A stretch of DNA of 64,000 bases from a virus, in IMG/VR virus record IMGVR_UViG_3300044614_000912, positions 68,558-132,557 of that record, one strand, 5' to 3'. The stretch's first letter is position 1. Each line of letters opens with the position of its first letter. Shown in pieces: positions 49,024 through 58,973 of this stretch. The position numbers and the translations under genes are program-made. The notes beneath the pieces were generated by a model that made no database searches, had not been told where the DNA came from, and saw only the letters and a program-made list of their open reading frames with translations.

Positions 49024-49057
49024 AAAAAAGCCGCCCCCAAGCAAATGAGGGCGGCTT
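49024..49057 (-). terminator. Rho-independent terminator after the major capsid gene
   Basis: AAGCCGCCC / GGGCGGCTT stem followed by TTTTTT on the - strand. Confidence 0.85.
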
Positions 49058-49090
49058 CTTCTTTCCAAATTACCCTAGCTTTTAGACAGA

Positions 49091-50098
49091 TCAGAATGAG
49101 CCAAGGACAATTCTGCGATTGTCTAGAACGCCAAAGCCAAGTTCAGCCCATCCGTAGTAGCCAGCGCGTTGCTGACGATGGAGGGTTGGGTCTTCGAAGA
49201 CCTGTAACTGGGCCTTAACGGGCATTACGAAACTGTCTGAAGCGGACTGATCAAGACCCACAACGAGTTCAACGTCACTGCCTTGCACAGCACCGCCAAG
49301 ATCGTTTGTAAAGAATTCTTGATACTGTTGACCTTCACCGAGTTCATCTAGGTCATGGAGACTTACACCGAAGATTCTGGTGATGGGAGCGCCACCCTCA
49401 GAAGCGGTGTAGATTTCACGACGAGTTACCTCGTCAACTTGATCTAGACCCCAGTTACGAACGTCCTCTAGGGCTTCTGGTGAAACATAGAGGTCAGTTA
49501 GGCGACCACGACCAACTGATGCCGAGTTACCACCAGAATTACGACGCATTACTGTCTGCATAAGAGAAACTAGTCTCTTTGAAAAGAGGCCAGCAGTTGC
49601 GTCAGCATCGTAAACGAGGATGTTACGATCAACGCCAGCAGCAAGAATTGTGTGCCAGCCGTCATCGTTCATCTTCTTCACGAAACCGGCTTCCATCACC
49701 TGCATAGCACGACCAACGATATCCCATCTGGCTTCGCGGGCAAAGCGAAGTAGATAGTCAACCGATGAAGTGATGCTATAGGTTGGGATGGTCACATAGT
49801 CACCCTCAACTGAACGCTCTGGAATTCTTCCGTGACCGGGATTGGTGTAAGCGACATGCTCACCTTCAAGGCCGGGAGAAACGAGGTCAAGAGGATACTC
49901 TGTGGTTGCACCGGGTTCAACATTCACGGTTTCGAAAATGTTACCGAGAATATTACCGACTAGAACACCCTTACGTAAGGGAAGCTCTAGAGCCTTTGCA
50001 AACTCACGTTGAGCAGCAGCGGCTACATTGATATCGGCATCCCCTGACTTACGTAGGAGAGCGATAAACTCATCGCTAGGTCTTTGATTAATTGGCAT
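49091..50098 (-). CDS. Major capsid protein (probably HK97 fold)
   Basis: 335 aa, follows scaffold and decoration genes, AAGGAG RBS, biased codon usage, strong terminator, C-terminal GYYGWAELGFGVLD. Confidence 0.85.
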   Translation of the reverse strand: MPINQRPSDEFIALLRKSGDADINVAAAAQREFAKALELPLRKGVLVGNILGNIFETVNVEPGATTEYPLDLVSPGLEGEHVAYTNPGHGRIPERSVEGDYVTIPTYSITSSVDYLLRFAREARWDIVGRAMQVMEAGFVKKMNDDGWHTILAAGVDRNILVYDADATAGLFSKRLVSLMQTVMRRNSGGNSASVGRGRLTDLYVSPEALEDVRNWGLDQVDEVTRREIYTASEGGAPITRIFGVSLHDLDELGEGQQYQEFFTNDLGGAVQGSDVELVVGLDQSASDSFVMPVKAQLQVFEDPTLHRQQRAGYYGWAELGFGVLDNRRIVLGSF

Positions 50099-50126
50099 GT
50101 TTAAATCTCCTTTGTTTAGTTTATTC

Positions 50127-50597
50127 TTAGGGGAGGTTGACTTCTACTTTTGCATAACCGTCTTCATCCTTACTGGATAAGAAACGGCCAACTTGAAGTA
50201 CGCCAGAACTGCCGGGGCTATCAATGCGAAGATTGCCAGCATTTACGTGGCAAGCATAAGCAGGATCACCAGCACTTACTGATGCACTTGTAATGCTATT
50301 TGTTACAACGTAGCCCTTGCGGAGTACAGTAACCTTTCCACCCTTCTGAACTTCATCCTTATACTGATTAAGGTGAGTACGGGTTAAGTCCTTATTAACT
50401 ACGTCGTTTAGTAGAATACCTACTGGGCGACTTGCGGCTGTGACAGCGGCATACTTCACAAGGTTTACACCTTGATCCATTGCAGCGCCCGAACCGGCTG
50501 TGTCATGTACAACTACGCCGCCGCGAGTAGCGACACCTTCGTTGTAAAAGAAACTGATATCAGTTTGAAGCTCGTATCTATCTGATTTTAGGGCCAT
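50127..50597 (-). CDS. Capsid decoration/cement protein
   Basis: 156 aa between scaffold and MCP; PVGILLNDV, GGKVTVLRKG and VGRFLSSKDEDGYAKVEVNLP. Confidence 0.65.
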   Translation of the reverse strand: MALKSDRYELQTDISFFYNEGVATRGGVVVHDTAGSGAAMDQGVNLVKYAAVTAASRPVGILLNDVVNKDLTRTHLNQYKDEVQKGGKVTVLRKGYVVTNSITSASVSAGDPAYACHVNAGNLRIDSPGSSGVLQVGRFLSSKDEDGYAKVEVNLP

Positions 50598-50616
50598 AGT
50601 TTTTCTCCTGTTTAAA

Positions 50617-51255
50617 TCACTTACGTAGGACGTTGTTTGTTAGCCACTCTGCTACACTAGCTCTTGTGACTTCTAATTCATCTTTTACATCAGAAGCGTC
50701 TACAAGAGTGGCTTCTGTTGATTCGACGTTTTGAAAGAGTTCTTCGGTCACTTCGTCTTCTTTGGCTTCTGTTGTTTCTGAGGCAACAGTTGCTTCGGAA
50801 GCCATTTCTTTCTTCTCTTCTTTCATCATCTTATCCTTCATAGCGCCCCACTTCTTCTTCATGGCAGCAACTACGGCTTCAAAAGCCTCGTCGCTGAGAG
50901 CGTCATAAAGTGGAAGAGAATCATCGGCCTCTGCATCTTCAAAGCCAGCCATAACTAGCTTTTCTTTACGCATACGGTCTTTTTCTTTCTTCTGCATATC
51001 TTTCATAGCAGCTGAAACTTCATCTAACTCTTTTTCTTTGGCAGAAAGAGTAGCCTCAAGAGCGGCAATCTTCTCTTCTGATGTTTTTAGAGCTAAATCT
51101 TTTTCAGCAAGACTTGTTTCAAGCACTGAAACTTTTTCTGCAAACTCTTTGTTTACAGTTTCCATTTCGGCCTTAACTGTCTTATTTTCTTCTTGTGAAG
51201 CGGCTGACTCACTGGGCAGATCGACTAGCTGCTTCTCTAAGTTAGTATCTGACAT
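50617..51255 (-). CDS. Nested in-frame scaffold protein (internal start)
   Basis: AAAGGAGATTTTAATATG gives a strong RBS and ATG at 51255 (MSDTNLEKQ), at the start of the coiled-coil part. Confidence 0.6.
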   Translation of the reverse strand: MSDTNLEKQLVDLPSESAASQEENKTVKAEMETVNKEFAEKVSVLETSLAEKDLALKTSEEKIAALEATLSAKEKELDEVSAAMKDMQKKEKDRMRKEKLVMAGFEDAEADDSLPLYDALSDEAFEAVVAAMKKKWGAMKDKMMKEEKKEMASEATVASETTEAKEDEVTEELFQNVESTEATLVDASDVKDELEVTRASVAEWLTNNVLRK

Positions 51256-52062
51256 ATTAAAATCTCCTTTAGAAACGGTTGAAATACTATACTGTTCGTT
51301 TACAGAGAAAGCTTTGCTAGAATCAAGAATGATACTTCTTGGATTTGCTGGCTTGGATACTAAACCCTTACCAGAAAATGAAATATCTTTTAATGATCTA
51401 CCAATTTTATAGCCTTCATACTCTCCTGTACCACCATACGCTCTTAGATGTTTAGTCAAAAATGCTGACTCTTCACTACGAGCTATAACCCTAGATTTAC
51501 CAGTTGTATCTATGATTGCATAATCGAAGCCAGCAAATAAACACTCCATTGAAACGAACCATTTGCCTTCTTCGATTTCTGATATAATCTTTTTCATCCT
51601 TTCTCTGTTATCTGGATTAATCCAGCTATTGTAAAGCACAGCTTCGGTAATAATATCAAACTCTGATGGAACCTTTTCGTCATCTGATGCTTCTAATCTA
51701 TTACCATTTCTGTCTACTACATAACAACCAGTTATATGTCCTATTATATCATTCTCATTATGCATGAAGTTGAATTGTTTGTCTTCGGGAGTTGATCTAG
51801 CGCCCCAAGTTTCTTTAGGATCAAAAACATCATCGTTCTTGTTCCATCCGGTAGAAACTAAAATAGACTTCATATAGTATAAGTCTATCTGGTTTGGGTT
51901 GCTAGAAGCCTTTATCTTATTGATAAAGTCCTTTTCCCAAGATGTTTTATTTGAATTGTTATCAACGTGTACCAATACTGCTGGAGCGCAATAGGCTACA
52001 GAAGCCTGCGCACGGATAGTATCCGATAAGCCGTCTAGTATTTCTTGTTGATATATTTTCAT
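50617..52062 (-). CDS. Prohead protease-scaffold fusion
   Basis: N-terminal protease-like domain (NKNDDVF, FMH..IIGH, VSMEC) and an acidic coiled-coil C-terminus; sits between portal and capsid genes. Confidence 0.75.
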   Translation of the reverse strand: MKIYQQEILDGLSDTIRAQASVAYCAPAVLVHVDNNSNKTSWEKDFINKIKASSNPNQIDLYYMKSILVSTGWNKNDDVFDPKETWGARSTPEDKQFNFMHNENDIIGHITGCYVVDRNGNRLEASDDEKVPSEFDIITEAVLYNSWINPDNRERMKKIISEIEEGKWFVSMECLFAGFDYAIIDTTGKSRVIARSEESAFLTKHLRAYGGTGEYEGYKIGRSLKDISFSGKGLVSKPANPRSIILDSSKAFSVNEQYSISTVSKGDFNMSDTNLEKQLVDLPSESAASQEENKTVKAEMETVNKEFAEKVSVLETSLAEKDLALKTSEEKIAALEATLSAKEKELDEVSAAMKDMQKKEKDRMRKEKLVMAGFEDAEADDSLPLYDALSDEAFEAVVAAMKKKWGAMKDKMMKEEKKEMASEATVASETTEAKEDEVTEELFQNVESTEATLVDASDVKDELEVTRASVAEWLTNNVLRK

Positions 52063-52097
52063 AGTAAGATTTTTTCCTTATAGTCTCTCAAAAATAA

Positions 52098-52104
52098 TAT
52101 ACAC
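52098..52104 (-). promoter_or_regulatory. Putative late promoter GTGTATA
   Basis: 36 nt upstream of the protease-scaffold ATG at 52062. Confidence 0.7.
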
Positions 52105-52145
52105 AAAAATCTAAGCAGTGTGAAAAAGGACGCTTACAACGCAAA

Positions 52146-54248
52146 TTATATACTATCTATATTTGATAGATATTCTATGTATGTGCCTATTGTGCTGCGT
52201 CTATATTTCTCCATGCTCATGGTATCTAGACTAATTCCTTGATCTTTCAAAATACTTTTAAAATCATTTGGGGTCTTTTTCTGAGCTAAAAGTATATTTC
52301 TAATAGTTTCAGCGTTAACGCTTGTCATAGGTTCAGTATTAGTAAATACATCTAATTTAAGCTGTTCTAAATCGGAAACCTCTGCCTTTGTTAATTGTCT
52401 AGAATTTTTCTTACCTAGTGTGTTTAAAAAAGCATCAGTTAAGTTTTCAGATATATAATCCCAGTTTTCTTCTGACCATACTATTAACTCTGCTACTCCC
52501 GGTGTAGATTTAGGTTTAGCCACTCTTTGCTTTCTAGGAGTAGAATCTTGGCTATTTCTTGGTCTGCCATTAGGATTTGAGGGCTTGGCTGGTGGTGCTA
52601 TTCCGCCACCTCCAGACGGTGGTGCCTTAATAACAGGAACCAATAAGTCCTTGGGAACGCTGGTCTTTAGACCAACATCCTGTGGCAATAGTTTTCCAGA
52701 CTGTAAACCAACCTTCTCTAAATCTTCTTTATGTTGAGGAGAATGAAATGGTCCTGCTTTTTTGGGATTCTTATCGCTCTGCCTATCAGATACCTCTCTT
52801 TGTAATCTAATCTTTTCAATTTGAGGAATCTCTTTAAATCTCTGGAGAAGGGTTTCTTGACTAATGATGTCTCTGTCTGCGAGTTGTATAAGAAGTGCTT
52901 TCTCTGAAGCTTCATCTGACAAGCTCATTTGGTCAAACTGGATATAAGCCTTGTGTCTAAAGCCCATAGCCTTTCTGACGATTTCTAATTCCTTATCCCA
53001 AAATTTTACTAGTTGATCACGACCATACTGTAGTCTTTCAACCAACGTCTTAAGAGAGATAAAGTTATTTGTGAATCCACCACCATTAGTAGCCATGCCA
53101 GTAAGAGTTGGAGGAACTCCAAGACCAGCATAGATACTATTTAGTACAGCGGTATACTTTTCTGAGCCTAAGAACTTGTATACTTCGCTGCTTGATTCTT
53201 TGAATGTTAATTCTGGACCCCATACAAGTTCCATAGTACCGCCGCCAACATTGCTAGCAAGAACATCTCTTAGCTTGTTAATAGCAGCCTTATTTGGTAA
53301 AATCTTATGTTCAAGACTACCAAGCGTCCATAGTCTAATGTTTGAGATAGCACCATCTAAGGCTGACATATCTGCTAATCTCATCTTTTCTAACATGATA
53401 ATATCGTCTAGAATAGCATAGATCATAGGATTAGCCCACTGTAACCAATCATCTTTCTTATAATGAAAAACATTAACTCTAGAAGCATCAAGAGGAACTT
53501 CTTTTTGTCCATTGTTTAATGCGGTTTTGATATTATCTGGTAAAGTATTAAATACGTCGGTTGGTATCTCGCCATCAGTAAATCTATCAAAAAACGTACC
53601 TAAATTTATGGTATAGTTAGGCTTGCCTAAAAATACAGATAGCTGACCATCTTTTAGTTTGACATTAAGAGGATTGAAGAAGTTATACCTCCAAGGAATT
53701 TCATTCTTGGTAGGATTTGGGACTTCAACTCTAATATCAGCAGCTAAAGATTTCATATACTGAGCAAGCTGCGGTGTTACTTTAGCATTACTGCGATATA
53801 CAATTACATTACCAGCTTTATAGAGATTGTTGAGGAAACGTTCTGATCTTTCTTTACCGTTGATATTCTTAAACCACTGTTGATAAAATTTTTCTACACT
53901 CTTATTCTGGTGAACAATACTTATTCCTTGGCAACCAAAATCGCCCATAAGATCAATAACATTTCTGATGATGCCAACTTTGTCGTAAGCATCCATGCAC
54001 ATTTTGATAGCTCTACTTTGAGTATTCGGTACAGCTTCGTTTGGTCTAAAAGCATAATAATCTAGGTGTGTAAATTGTGGTCTAACAGACTTACTAGGTT
54101 CAATATCTAGGAATGTGCGATAGGTAGAACCCTGTGTTTTGGTAACGCCAGTATATTGATCCACATTATCTGTGAATTGAGCCATAGCTTGAGCTTTGCT
54201 CTGAGGATTATCGTCTGACCACGAAACCATATCTTGATTATTGCTCAT
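52146..54248 (-). CDS. Portal protein
   Basis: Follows TerL; GIIRNVIDLMGDF, IYAGLGVPPTLTG and a Pro-rich C-terminal extension. Confidence 0.8.
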   Translation of the reverse strand: MSNNQDMVSWSDDNPQSKAQAMAQFTDNVDQYTGVTKTQGSTYRTFLDIEPSKSVRPQFTHLDYYAFRPNEAVPNTQSRAIKMCMDAYDKVGIIRNVIDLMGDFGCQGISIVHQNKSVEKFYQQWFKNINGKERSERFLNNLYKAGNVIVYRSNAKVTPQLAQYMKSLAADIRVEVPNPTKNEIPWRYNFFNPLNVKLKDGQLSVFLGKPNYTINLGTFFDRFTDGEIPTDVFNTLPDNIKTALNNGQKEVPLDASRVNVFHYKKDDWLQWANPMIYAILDDIIMLEKMRLADMSALDGAISNIRLWTLGSLEHKILPNKAAINKLRDVLASNVGGGTMELVWGPELTFKESSSEVYKFLGSEKYTAVLNSIYAGLGVPPTLTGMATNGGGFTNNFISLKTLVERLQYGRDQLVKFWDKELEIVRKAMGFRHKAYIQFDQMSLSDEASEKALLIQLADRDIISQETLLQRFKEIPQIEKIRLQREVSDRQSDKNPKKAGPFHSPQHKEDLEKVGLQSGKLLPQDVGLKTSVPKDLLVPVIKAPPSGGGGIAPPAKPSNPNGRPRNSQDSTPRKQRVAKPKSTPGVAELIVWSEENWDYISENLTDAFLNTLGKKNSRQLTKAEVSDLEQLKLDVFTNTEPMTSVNAETIRNILLAQKKTPNDFKSILKDQGISLDTMSMEKYRRSTIGTYIEYLSNIDSI

Positions 54249-54285
54249 TTTGACCTCAATTGGATTGTAATTGGATTACCAACTA

Positions 54286-56289
54286 TTAATACACATCTTT
54301 CATGCTATCGGTGAACCAGCTTGGGCCGACATATAGCTTTTCTTCGGAGGTTTTATTGAAATGACCACCGGTAGCAAAACCTCCATAAAATCGATATTCT
54401 TCTGGAGTTGGGGTTCTCTGCAAAACTCTAGCGGCCATGTTAGCCATCAAAAGAGCAGAATATCGGTCCTTTCTCATCTTGCTTTTCTTGCCCGTTCCTA
54501 CTATAACTTCTGGGGTATCCCATCTATCTCGACCGGCATTTGTTTGGGTCATTTGTATCATAGAAAGTTCGTCTTTTAGTTCTTCAATTTCTAAAACACA
54601 TTCTTCTAAAGTATCAAACATTCTGTGCTTAAGTTCGTCTTCTATATTAGAGACACTAAGACTAATAGGGTCGAACATTGGAAATAATAATACTTTATCT
54701 TCAAAGTCTTTTCTCATACCGTGATTTGCTTCTGCAAGCCATTCATGACGAGCAAATTGACATGGTTCTATAATATGTAATCCTCGTTCTCCGTCTGTAT
54801 CTTTTGGTTTGTTATTATCAATGGTGGGCCAAAGTGGCAATTCTCCTTCTTTAAGTTTGTCTGCGTCATGAAGTGACTCAATAACAGCAACGCCACCGCC
54901 CTGTGCATCAATGGATATATGGATACATGGAAACAGTTTCATTAAATCTCTAATTTTTCTGGCGCAATATGAGTAAAAATCAGTTTCATTGGCATAACCC
55001 TTTTTGACTTTCTCTTTATGCTCTGATCTTGTTGTAGTCCAGCAATATACTATTCTTCTATGAGATGGGTTTGCCTCTAGCACAACAATACTGAAATTAT
55101 CTACTTCCGATGCGGGGTCAACTCCAAAAATATATCGTTTGCTTGTATCACCAATAAGAGCAGCAGTAAAGTTAATTAGATTTCCATTTTCATCTTTGAT
55201 TTCATTATCTTTGTTGCCTACAACGCAAGACTCTATCAACGACCTCTTAAAGAAACCTTGACTATCTCTTGTAAAACAGGCTCCATATTCCATTTGATAG
55301 ATACCAGCATGTACTGTAGCCTTAGACCTCGCTACTTGATCAGCATCCATGAAACCCGGAGGTAGTAATTCATAAGGCATACGAACAATGGAGTATTGCT
55401 TCCAATCAAAATTATCTGGTGGATCATCTCCGTTAAAAATTTCTCTTAGTAAAGTTATATTACCTTGACTCTTAATTATAGCCTTCCACTTCTTCCAGTA
55501 TGTTGCAAAATGATTAAAATCGTAATAAGCTGTTCCAGATAAGATAATTTGATTGTCTTTAATTTCTGGATTGTCTTCTTCTGTTTCTAGTTCTATTCCA
55601 AGTTCAGCGGCTTTCTTCTTAGCTGATAGCCTTTTAACATTTTCTACTGGATTAGCACTGACAGCGGCGAAGCCAGCAACAACGTTTTCAAAAATATCCC
55701 TAGGAATAGATGCGAACTCGTCCGCGATAATATCATTTGCTCTCTGTCCTCTAATCTTTTGACCGTCACCAAGAGGTAAGCAGGTGATAACACTTTCATT
55801 GATTCTCATTGTGCATCTGTCAGTATCTCTACTTGGTCCACTATTACCATCACAAATATCTCTAAGCATGGGCGAATTACGCCAAATAGTTTCCATATAT
55901 TCGAAAACGACCTTAGACTGTCTAAAAGCAGCACCAACAATAACTATCTTTCTTCTAGGAAGCATCAACGCCCTTAACATAGAATAGATAGCCAATTTAA
56001 AGGATTTTCCAAAACCTCGACTAGCAATAAGCATTGGGAACTTACGCTGCCACAATTCGTGTAAGATTAAAGACTGCGATGGTAGTAATTGGGTATTTAA
56101 TAAATGATGAGCAGTAAATGACAAATATTCTGGCCTACTCATTAACCAAGTAAGCCTTAAATGGAAATCGTCTTCTGATGGATTTAATATACAAGTAGGA
56201 TTAAAGAGATGAGATTCTACATTATCTAATCCCAGCCACGCTTCTTTAATTTCTTTTAATTTAAGATCGCTCATGCTACGAAATGCCAA
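54286..56289 (-). CDS. terL: Terminase large subunit
   Basis: Walker A ASRGFGKS, RGQRA, Walker B IIADEF, RNase H-like nuclease FGVDPA and KDRYSA. Confidence 0.92.
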   Translation of the reverse strand: MAFRSMSDLKLKEIKEAWLGLDNVESHLFNPTCILNPSEDDFHLRLTWLMSRPEYLSFTAHHLLNTQLLPSQSLILHELWQRKFPMLIASRGFGKSFKLAIYSMLRALMLPRRKIVIVGAAFRQSKVVFEYMETIWRNSPMLRDICDGNSGPSRDTDRCTMRINESVITCLPLGDGQKIRGQRANDIIADEFASIPRDIFENVVAGFAAVSANPVENVKRLSAKKKAAELGIELETEEDNPEIKDNQIILSGTAYYDFNHFATYWKKWKAIIKSQGNITLLREIFNGDDPPDNFDWKQYSIVRMPYELLPPGFMDADQVARSKATVHAGIYQMEYGACFTRDSQGFFKRSLIESCVVGNKDNEIKDENGNLINFTAALIGDTSKRYIFGVDPASEVDNFSIVVLEANPSHRRIVYCWTTTRSEHKEKVKKGYANETDFYSYCARKIRDLMKLFPCIHISIDAQGGGVAVIESLHDADKLKEGELPLWPTIDNNKPKDTDGERGLHIIEPCQFARHEWLAEANHGMRKDFEDKVLLFPMFDPISLSVSNIEDELKHRMFDTLEECVLEIEELKDELSMIQMTQTNAGRDRWDTPEVIVGTGKKSKMRKDRYSALLMANMAARVLQRTPTPEEYRFYGGFATGGHFNKTSEEKLYVGPSWFTDSMKDVY
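54288..54294 (-). promoter_or_regulatory. Late promoter variant GTGTATT
   Basis: Overlaps the last terL codons, 40 nt upstream of the portal ATG; spacing matches the other sites. Confidence 0.45.
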
Positions 56290-56915
56290 TCGTTTAATAT
56301 AGCGTCAGCAAAACCATAATATACAGCTTCTTCTGCATTTAGAAACCAATCACCAGATTTCAATTTTCTAATAAGATATTGCTTAACCTGTTTCTCACTT
56401 GGCTTTTTACCAAATTTCTCAGCAAAAAACTTCCCCTCTACACATCTAGAGGCATAGATGTTAAACATAACATCACATAATCTCCTGTCAAAATCTGACC
56501 AATTCTGCGCACTTAAATAATCACCAATAAGATTGGTAGTTCCATAATGGCTCATAAAATGTGAACTGGGCGTCATATATCTGTAGTCAGCTGCTTGCAT
56601 GAATATGCTACTCATAGACTCAGCCTGCCCATATATAATAATGGTCACATATGAACGACACATCTTGATGGCATCATAAATAGCCATTCCATCTGCCCAC
56701 TCTCCACCTATGCTGTGACAATGAATTGTGATATTAGCATTAGTTTTCATATCTAACGCTCTAAGATTCTTAATGAATGTATTAGACATTCTATACTCTA
56801 CGCCGGGGTTCTCATTATCCTCGCTGTGATAATGATTATGTAGAAATATTTCTCTTGTGGCGATATTAGCCCCATACTCATGAAAATCTTTAAGCATTTC
56901 TGGTTCTGCCATCAC
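56271..56915 (-). CDS. clpP: ClpP-family serine protease
   Basis: HSIGGE..GMAIYD, GQAESM (catalytic Ser), FMSH (His), DWFLNAEEAVYYGFAD. Confidence 0.85.
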   Translation of the reverse strand: MMAEPEMLKDFHEYGANIATREIFLHNHYHSEDNENPGVEYRMSNTFIKNLRALDMKTNANITIHCHSIGGEWADGMAIYDAIKMCRSYVTIIIYGQAESMSSIFMQAADYRYMTPSSHFMSHYGTTNLIGDYLSAQNWSDFDRRLCDVMFNIYASRCVEGKFFAEKFGKKPSEKQVKQYLIRKLKSGDWFLNAEEAVYYGFADAILNDWHFVA

Positions 56916-57412
56916 GATTTTCTCCCTATAGTGTACATTTCGTTGACACGCTTGAGAATACTGCTAACTGCTAAAAATGCATTATATTTGTTACCACAGA
57001 ATAGCACATGAACGTCATTATATAGCTGGAATTCGAATAAGCATTTAAGCATATACTTTCCAGTAATTTTGACAGAAGCTTTATTTTTAATTGGAATTCT
57101 AGTCTCTTCGGGAAATTTGATTAAGTCTTCAAGAGAAAATTCTAAAACAAGAAACTTATGATCAAAAGGAGCCATCCTATCTATCTCTTCTAAGAAGGTA
57201 TACTTCTTTTGGCCTAAATTGATTGCTAATTCTTCTACGCAGCCTTTGCGTTCGATACATATCTTGTCTTCCAAGCCTTGTATGGTATAATCACCAGTAT
57301 CTAGCTTTTGTTCAATCATTCCAGCGCAAGCGTTGTACTCTTTAAAGAAGTATCCATCTTGCTCTCTAGTATCTTTTATAACCGTAAATTTTGGGGCTTC
57401 TTTATAAGGCAT
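56912..57412 (-). CDS. Stand-alone ERCC4 (XPF/Mus81-type) nuclease
   Basis: DTREQ, LDTGDY and ICIERK signature motifs. Confidence 0.85.
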   Translation of the reverse strand: MPYKEAPKFTVIKDTREQDGYFFKEYNACAGMIEQKLDTGDYTIQGLEDKICIERKGCVEELAINLGQKKYTFLEEIDRMAPFDHKFLVLEFSLEDLIKFPEETRIPIKNKASVKITGKYMLKCLFEFQLYNDVHVLFCGNKYNAFLAVSSILKRVNEMYTIGRKS

Positions 57413-57665
57413 TGATGATTTCCATAAATAGTGATTCGTAATGATGCTCTTGACCTTTTATACTTTTATGACAATTTTTACATAGTGTTATGCCATTTGA
57501 TGGCTCATATCTTAAGGAACTGGCAGTAGACCATTTCTTTATATGATGTACCTGTAAGTATTTCTTATATCCGCATCCCGGCATCATGCACTTTCTTCCA
57601 TCTCTTTTTAAGACATCTTTTCTAAACTGTTCATACGCTGGATCATCGTAATTTCTTTTAATCAT
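57402..57665 (-). CDS. HNH endonuclease
   Basis: VLKRD..CMMPGC..LQVHHI..NGITLCKNCH. Confidence 0.9.
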   Translation of the reverse strand: MIKRNYDDPAYEQFRKDVLKRDGRKCMMPGCGYKKYLQVHHIKKWSTASSLRYEPSNGITLCKNCHKSIKGQEHHYESLFMEIINAL

Positions 57666-57913
57666 GATAATTCGTAGATTTTATCTATTCTAGATTCTGC
57701 TCTCATTCTTCTACACAAAATTCTCATCGTGATAGACGGGTCTTGATCTATAATGATTTTGGTTAATTGATCTAATACCGATTTGCAGGCGTCATCTGGA
57801 TCGTCTGCTGAAATAAATATAGTTGGGAATGGGCTGTTGTATGACCTTAATTTAAGATGCCTAATATATGGGTAAATACTAGATATGTCTAGCATTATTC
57901 TGTAATTTATCAT
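57662..57913 (-). CDS. Hypothetical protein
   Basis: 83 aa, overlapping both neighbours. Confidence 0.55.
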   Translation of the reverse strand: MINYRIMLDISSIYPYIRHLKLRSYNSPFPTIFISADDPDDACKSVLDQLTKIIIDQDPSITMRILCRRMRAESRIDKIYELS

Positions 57914-58973
57914 TTAGTCTTGAATCGATCATGAGGTTAACTAACATTTTAAGATCATATTTTGGGGTCCATCCCAATTTGCTCTTTGCTTTTGAACAAT
58001 TGCCGCGTAAGAAATCTACCTCTGCTGGCCTATAGAATTCTGGGTCGATGTATACATACTTATCCCAACCATCTAGGCCAACAGCTTGAAATGCGTAGTC
58101 TAAGAAGTCTCTTACTTTGTAGGTTTCACCAGTACAAATAACATAATCGTCTGGCTCATTTTGCTGTAGCATTAGCCACATAGCTTCTACATAATCGCCA
58201 GCATATCCCCAATCCCTATATGACTCTACGTTTCCTAATCTTAATTTGGGGAAAGATTTGTCTTGAAGTCCAAAAATTTCAGTATCTGAAAAACATAGGA
58301 ATTCTGGCTTGATGTCATTATCCTTAAGCCATAGATAAAAATCTATCACCCAATTGGTAATCTTTTTGGTTACAAAGTTATCGCCTCGCCTTGGACCTTC
58401 GTGATTAAATAGAATTCCTGCGCTAGCGTGTAAGTTATAAGCCTCGCGGAATAGTCTCACGGCATAATGGGCAGCGCACTTAGAAATAGCATATGGAGAC
58501 TGAGGCAAAAACTTAGTATTTTCATCTTGATATTTTAGGCCGTCTTCTCCTACCGTATAAGAGCTACCAAACATTTCGCTGGAAGAAGCTTGATAAAATC
58601 TAACCTCATATCTATCTAAATCTATAATAGACTGCAAGATATTAAAGCATCCTTTACCGGTAATATCCCAAGTGAGGGCAGGTTGCTTAAAAGATGTGGC
58701 TACATGCGATTGAGCCGCTAGATTATAGATTTCATCTACATATTCGTTAGATTTAAGAACGTTCAACACGCTACTAGCATCAGTTATATCACCTTCAACC
58801 AATTGGAACTGTGGATGATTTAATATATGTTGTATTCTGGAAGAGGTGTCCGTGCTGCTTCGTCGTGCTACGCCGGTTACACTATAACCCTTTTCCAGCA
58901 ATAAATCTGCTAGATGACTTCCATCCTGTCCTGTAATTCCAAAAATTATTGCGTTCATGTTTTCCTTTCTCAT
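57879..58973 (-). CDS. gmd: GDP-mannose 4,6-dehydratase
   Basis: GITGQDGS, NLAAQSHV, FYQASSSEMFG, SPYAISK, GILFNHE, RDWGYAGDYV, RPAEV. Confidence 0.95.
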   Translation of the reverse strand: MRKENMNAIIFGITGQDGSHLADLLLEKGYSVTGVARRSSTDTSSRIQHILNHPQFQLVEGDITDASSVLNVLKSNEYVDEIYNLAAQSHVATSFKQPALTWDITGKGCFNILQSIIDLDRYEVRFYQASSSEMFGSSYTVGEDGLKYQDENTKFLPQSPYAISKCAAHYAVRLFREAYNLHASAGILFNHEGPRRGDNFVTKKITNWVIDFYLWLKDNDIKPEFLCFSDTEIFGLQDKSFPKLRLGNVESYRDWGYAGDYVEAMWLMLQQNEPDDYVICTGETYKVRDFLDYAFQAVGLDGWDKYVYIDPEFYRPAEVDFLRGNCSKAKSKLGWTPKYDLKMLVNLMIDSRLNDKLQNNARHI

